A DNA stretch of 12,596 nt from Octopus sinensis (lineage: Eukaryota). The notes under the pieces are model-generated. The model had not been told where the DNA came from. It worked only from the letters and a program-made list of their open reading frames with translations, and did no database searches. Every line of letters starts with the position of its first letter. Position 1 is the first letter of the stretch. The translations under genes were made by a program, and so were the position numbers. Where the stretch lies: positions 1-12,596 of the forward strand of contig NW_021826541.1 in assembly GCF_006345805.1 (NCBI RefSeq), in the 5' to 3' direction. Positions 8,704 through 12,596 of this stretch are shown in pieces.

Positions 8704-8741
8704 CTGTTACTCTGAGTTTCTCGTTGCCGTTCATCAGACAG
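8704..8741 (-). ncRNA. Minimal type-I hammerhead ribozyme-like motif with canonical core
   Basis: Minus strand: ctgt-CTGATGA-acg(gcaa)cga-GAAA-ctcaga-GTA-acag. Stem I ctgt/acag, stem II cg/cg closing a GNRA loop with an A.A mismatch at 10.1/11.1, near-palindromic stem III actcagagt. Confidence 0.7.
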
Positions 8742-9577
8742 TTTTTGCTAGAATGGAACAATATATATTAATTCAATCTATACTCTTACAAACGCTACAC
8801 CTTTAAAAAGAAATGGACTTGTTTGATTGGCCCTTTAGAAAAAATGGTCAATCTTCGAGCGATAACCAAAAAGGTCAAAAATATATGTATATATATATAA
8901 AAACTTATAAAAATTATAAAATTATAAAATCCGAGGAAAAAAACCGAGGAAAAAACCTATTGCCGTTAATGAAGACAGTACAAATTAATGCATAGAAATT
9001 AAACCTGTTATAAATACTGCAATACATATTTATATTAAAATCCACATATATATATCAACATACACAAAAGGATGCGCGTAAACGCCATACATACATATAC
9101 AGACGTATGAATATGAATCTAAATTATACACATAAAAGCATGTACATATATTCACGCAAACCGTCTCGCACGCAAGCTAAAATTCATCTATGTAGCAATT
9201 CTCATATACTGAGCAAGGAGGGGAACAAAAGAAGGGAAAGAGAGAAAAAGAACGAAAGAGGGGTGGTGGTGGGGGAAACTTGTAGCGATGTTATTGGCAT
9301 CTATAGAGGCCAGTATACATACAAAGTTTGAATGATACATATACATACCTTCGTGTGTATGCGTGCTTAATCACAAAGCATACTTTCACTTACACATACA
9401 CAGATACGCATGCTTACAATACATATGCTTTGCTATACACAAACTTATATAAACATTCTAAATTTGACAACATTGCTTTTTTTTAAAAAAAAACATTGCT
9501 TTAAAAAATGGGTGCATTAATAAAAATATATACGAAAGACATATAAAATAAAATATAACATCCTATTTTGGGTCATT

Positions 9578-9612
9578 TAAATAATCAAGGTAATATAAAT
9601 AATCAAGGTAAT
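9578..9612. repeat. Local tandem duplication, 17-nt unit x2
   Basis: taaataatcaaggtaat at 9578-9594 and 9596-9612. Confidence 0.85.
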
Positions 9613-9696
9613 CCTATGCAATACAATAACATGAAAACAAAGTTTGTAGGTTTTTCCTATATATATGTAGAAACAATAAGACTTTGCTATAGATCC

Positions 9697-10147
9697 TATA
9701 TTATATGCATATATATATATAGATATAAATATATATGCATATATATATATATAGAATATATATGCATATATATATATATATAAATATATATGCTATATAT
9801 ATTATATATATAAATAAAATATGCATATCTATATATATATAATGCATTATATATATATATAAATATATATGCATATATAATATATAATATATATGCATAT
9901 ATATATATATAATATATATATGCATATATATATATATCTATATATATATATGATATATATATATATATATATGCATATATATATATATATATGCATATAT
10001 ATGTATATATATGCATATATAGTATATATATATGCATATATATATATTAATGCATATATATATATATATATGCATATATATATATATATATATATTATAT
10101 GCATATATATATATATGCATATGTATATATATATATATATATATGCA

Positions 10148-10186
<39 letters not shown>

Positions 10187-10221
10187 ATATATATATCTAT
10201 ATATATATATATATGCATATA
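9697..10221. repeat. (TA)nTGCA compound microsatellite array
   Basis: Read directly. Confidence 0.95.
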
Positions 10222-11940
10222 TCCTATTATAAAAGGCAGATTTATCTGCCTCCTTTGTATCTTATAGAAATCTACATATAGATTTCTTCAATTACAATTT
10301 ACCTAGCATTTTTAAGAGTAGAATGCATCGGGTCATGCCAGGTCCAGTTTTTAAAATTTAAACTCCAATTAAGCAAAATTTACAGAAAACTCACATTCTG
10401 GTGTGTATGTCAAATGCTTTTCTTAATGTGGTTTACACCACACGCACACACACAGTGTGCAACGAATAAAGTGAAAGTAATTCACTGTGTGTGTGTTGAC
10501 AGGTATACAATAGAATGCGATGGCGATGTAATATTTGTTTCTGTCTATCACGCTGATAGATACATGAGTAAAATGTATGGCAAGCTAAGAGATAAGAGTG
10601 AGTGAAAATGTTCTTGGAAGAGAGTAAATAGCGACAGAGTGATTTCAGGAAGACTAAACTGAAAGTATTTCTATAAAATGGATCACTCATGCTATCAACA
10701 TAATTTCTCCCACTTTCTCTTTGCAATGTGTACCTTAAACCACTACTCAAAAAATAAAAAAACACAGCAAACAGAAACAAATAAATACATAACGATTTAC
10801 TCCTCACACAATTTCTTCAATTAGAGTTTACCTAAGATTTTTCAAAGTACTCCATTCGGTCATGCCATAACAAATTTCTTTCAATTTCACCCCCAATTAA
10901 GACAAAATTCGAGAAAACTCAATATTTTAACATTTCACTCTGAAAGCTTATGTAGCAGGTGTGCGTGTGTTGTGATGATTTGTGCGACACAGAAGTGTGG
11001 TGTGTAAGTGAAGTGCTCTGTTGTTAGTGTGTGTAAAGAGACAGAGAGAGTGAAAGACAGAAATAACTGAACTTCTTTTATTCACTTTTTGTAGTGACTG
11101 CTGAGAGAGAAAAGAGAGAGAGAGGTTATGTTGTATATATGTATGTATGGCTTCAGTGACACACACACCACAAAAAACACATACCTACGTACACCTAAAG
11201 CACGCACACACACACACAAGTGGAGCGCGAACTTCAAAATTTTGGTAGTATTAATTTGCGAGCGTACTTCTAAGCGCGCGTAATTGAAAGTTTTCACTAT
11301 GATATCATCACGTGCGAAAAAATTCGAAGGGTTTTGAACAATTGAGATACACATGTCACGCCTGTATTGAAACCATTGCTAAGCTGCCGTAATTGCTTAA
11401 TTAAGACTTTGTTTAAATTGAACGGGGCAAATATGTGACGAGGTTGAAAAAAAATACCCCAGAAAAAAAAATGTACTGCTGGTATTTATATAATCACTAC
11501 TATTTTGCTACAATGTCATGAAAAAGAAAAAATTTAGGTATGTACAACCTATATTATACATTTTTTCTATTCATTCAACGAAAATAAAAAAATCGAATTC
11601 GCCACCCCCTTTTCCCCGTTCGCATTTGGGTAAAAAAATTATTATTTAAGTTTTTTTAAAAATTATTTACTTTGTTCAAAAAATATTAATATTAATTAAT
11701 TTTCAAGAATTATTTAATTTTATTCTGTAAAATAGTAATTAATTCATTTATCCGTAAATCCGCGAGGTTGTTACTCAGGCACCTAGAAATAGCAGCCAGA
11801 TTTTTATATTCTAAATAATTTGCAATTTCAAAAAATATATTAATTTTGCGTTATTTAATTTGATAAATTCTACGGAATAATTTTGCGGGTTATATACGTT
11901 TGCGTTTCTGTAAAAAAAGGAATTATTTAAGGGCGATCGA

Positions 11941-12010
11941 GTATCGAGTACCTACGTCTGGTTCGCACACGCGAATCCGCGTGTGCGCAACCGGGACCAC
12001 TCTGCGATAC
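11941..12010. other. GC-rich imperfect inverted repeat (hairpin)
   Basis: Perfect 10-bp stem cgcacacgcg(11964-11973)/cgcgtgtgcg(11978-11987), loop aatc; extends via ggtt/aacc and outer gtatcg(11941-11946)/cgatac(12005-12010). Confidence 0.85.
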
Positions 12011-12054
12011 AAGTACCCATATATACATCCATACATACATGTGTGTGTGTGTTA

Positions 12055-12409
12055 TCTCTATATAAAGCTAAAGTTGTCTGTGTGCGCCACGTTTGGTAAC
12101 CTACAACTAACACTATCTCCTCCGAGACCCTGCGGCTCAAGTTGACCAAAATTGAGAGTATGATAGAAGGGTTGCTCTTCCTTCCGTAGAACATAAAATT
12201 CAAATCGGAAAATGTTAACACCAAAAATTATTTACATCAAATAGATGCTTTTTTCTATGAAAATCCCGATTTTTTACGATTTTTTCACTGCTGTGTCGCC
12301 ACTTTTCGGTGTATTTCGACTAGAAAAATGTTCAAAAAATTTTTACTTTTCAAAATTACAATTCCAGCGGGTCGAAACAAACCTGAGCAACGCCAGGCGA
12401 TACTGCTAG
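12055..12409 (+). mobile_element. Complete-looking 355-bp non-autonomous Helitron (Lep1-like termini)
   Basis: 5' A|TCtctatataaagctaaagttgtctgtgtg; 3' hairpin cctg-agcaacgc-cagg (12382-12397) 8 nt before CTAG (12406-12409) followed by T; no TSD. These are the canonical Helitron hallmarks. Confidence 0.8.
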
Positions 12410-12596
12410 TATATATATATTTATGCATATATATATATATAGATGCATATATATATATATATATGCATATATATATATATATATATATGCATATATATAT
12501 ATATAGGCATTATATATATATATGCATATATATTATATATATTATATATATATATATATATGCATATATATATATATATATGCATATATATATATA
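12410..12596. repeat. (TA)nTGCA compound microsatellite array, truncated by window edge
   Basis: Read directly. Confidence 0.95.

Larger units (their letters stand above)
10222..12409 (+). mobile_element. Putative composite non-autonomous Helitron (2188 bp)
   Basis: Begins A|TCctattataaaagg where the TA array stops and ends CTAG|T where a TA array resumes; no ORF. The 5' assignment rests on resemblance only. Confidence 0.35.

Noticed and set aside
8905-9510. Short local duplications (ttataaaaa, ccgaggaaaaaa, aacattgcttt)
   Set aside because: Ordinary slippage duplications; no spacer regularity, so not CRISPR-like, and no element between them.
11781-11786. CTAG at ~11782 as an alternative Helitron 3' end
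   Set aside because: Followed by A rather than T and lacks a convincing hairpin just upstream.
8624-12224. Short ORFs of 60-124 aa in the inter-array and Helitron regions
   Set aside because: Low-complexity or microsatellite-derived, no domain motifs, no Rep/helicase similarity; no host exon can be supported.

Overview
AT-rich eukaryotic, repeat-dominated DNA with no recognisable host gene. The repeat style suggests an animal, possibly a cephalopod; this is from recall and unverified. Contents: (1) a decayed CR1/L2/Jockey-group LINE RT fragment on the minus strand (351-1642); (2) a Penelope-like retroelement (PLE, Neptune-like: RT, Cys linker, GIY-YIG) on the minus strand (~2641-6336), broken by about nine mostly single-base frameshifts and with an inverted 5' segment; (3) five separate minimal type-I hammerhead-ribozyme (HHR) motifs from apparently different families, each with a palindromic or near-palindromic stem III and several with non-standard cores (U3-A8, U4C), plus one degenerate relic; (4) a complete-looking 355-bp non-autonomous Helitron (12055-12409), possibly the 3' part of a 2.2-kb composite Helitron; (5) four long self-complementary (TA)nTGCA arrays that separate the elements. 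The many YIYIYMH-type ORFs in the track are translation artefacts of these arrays.
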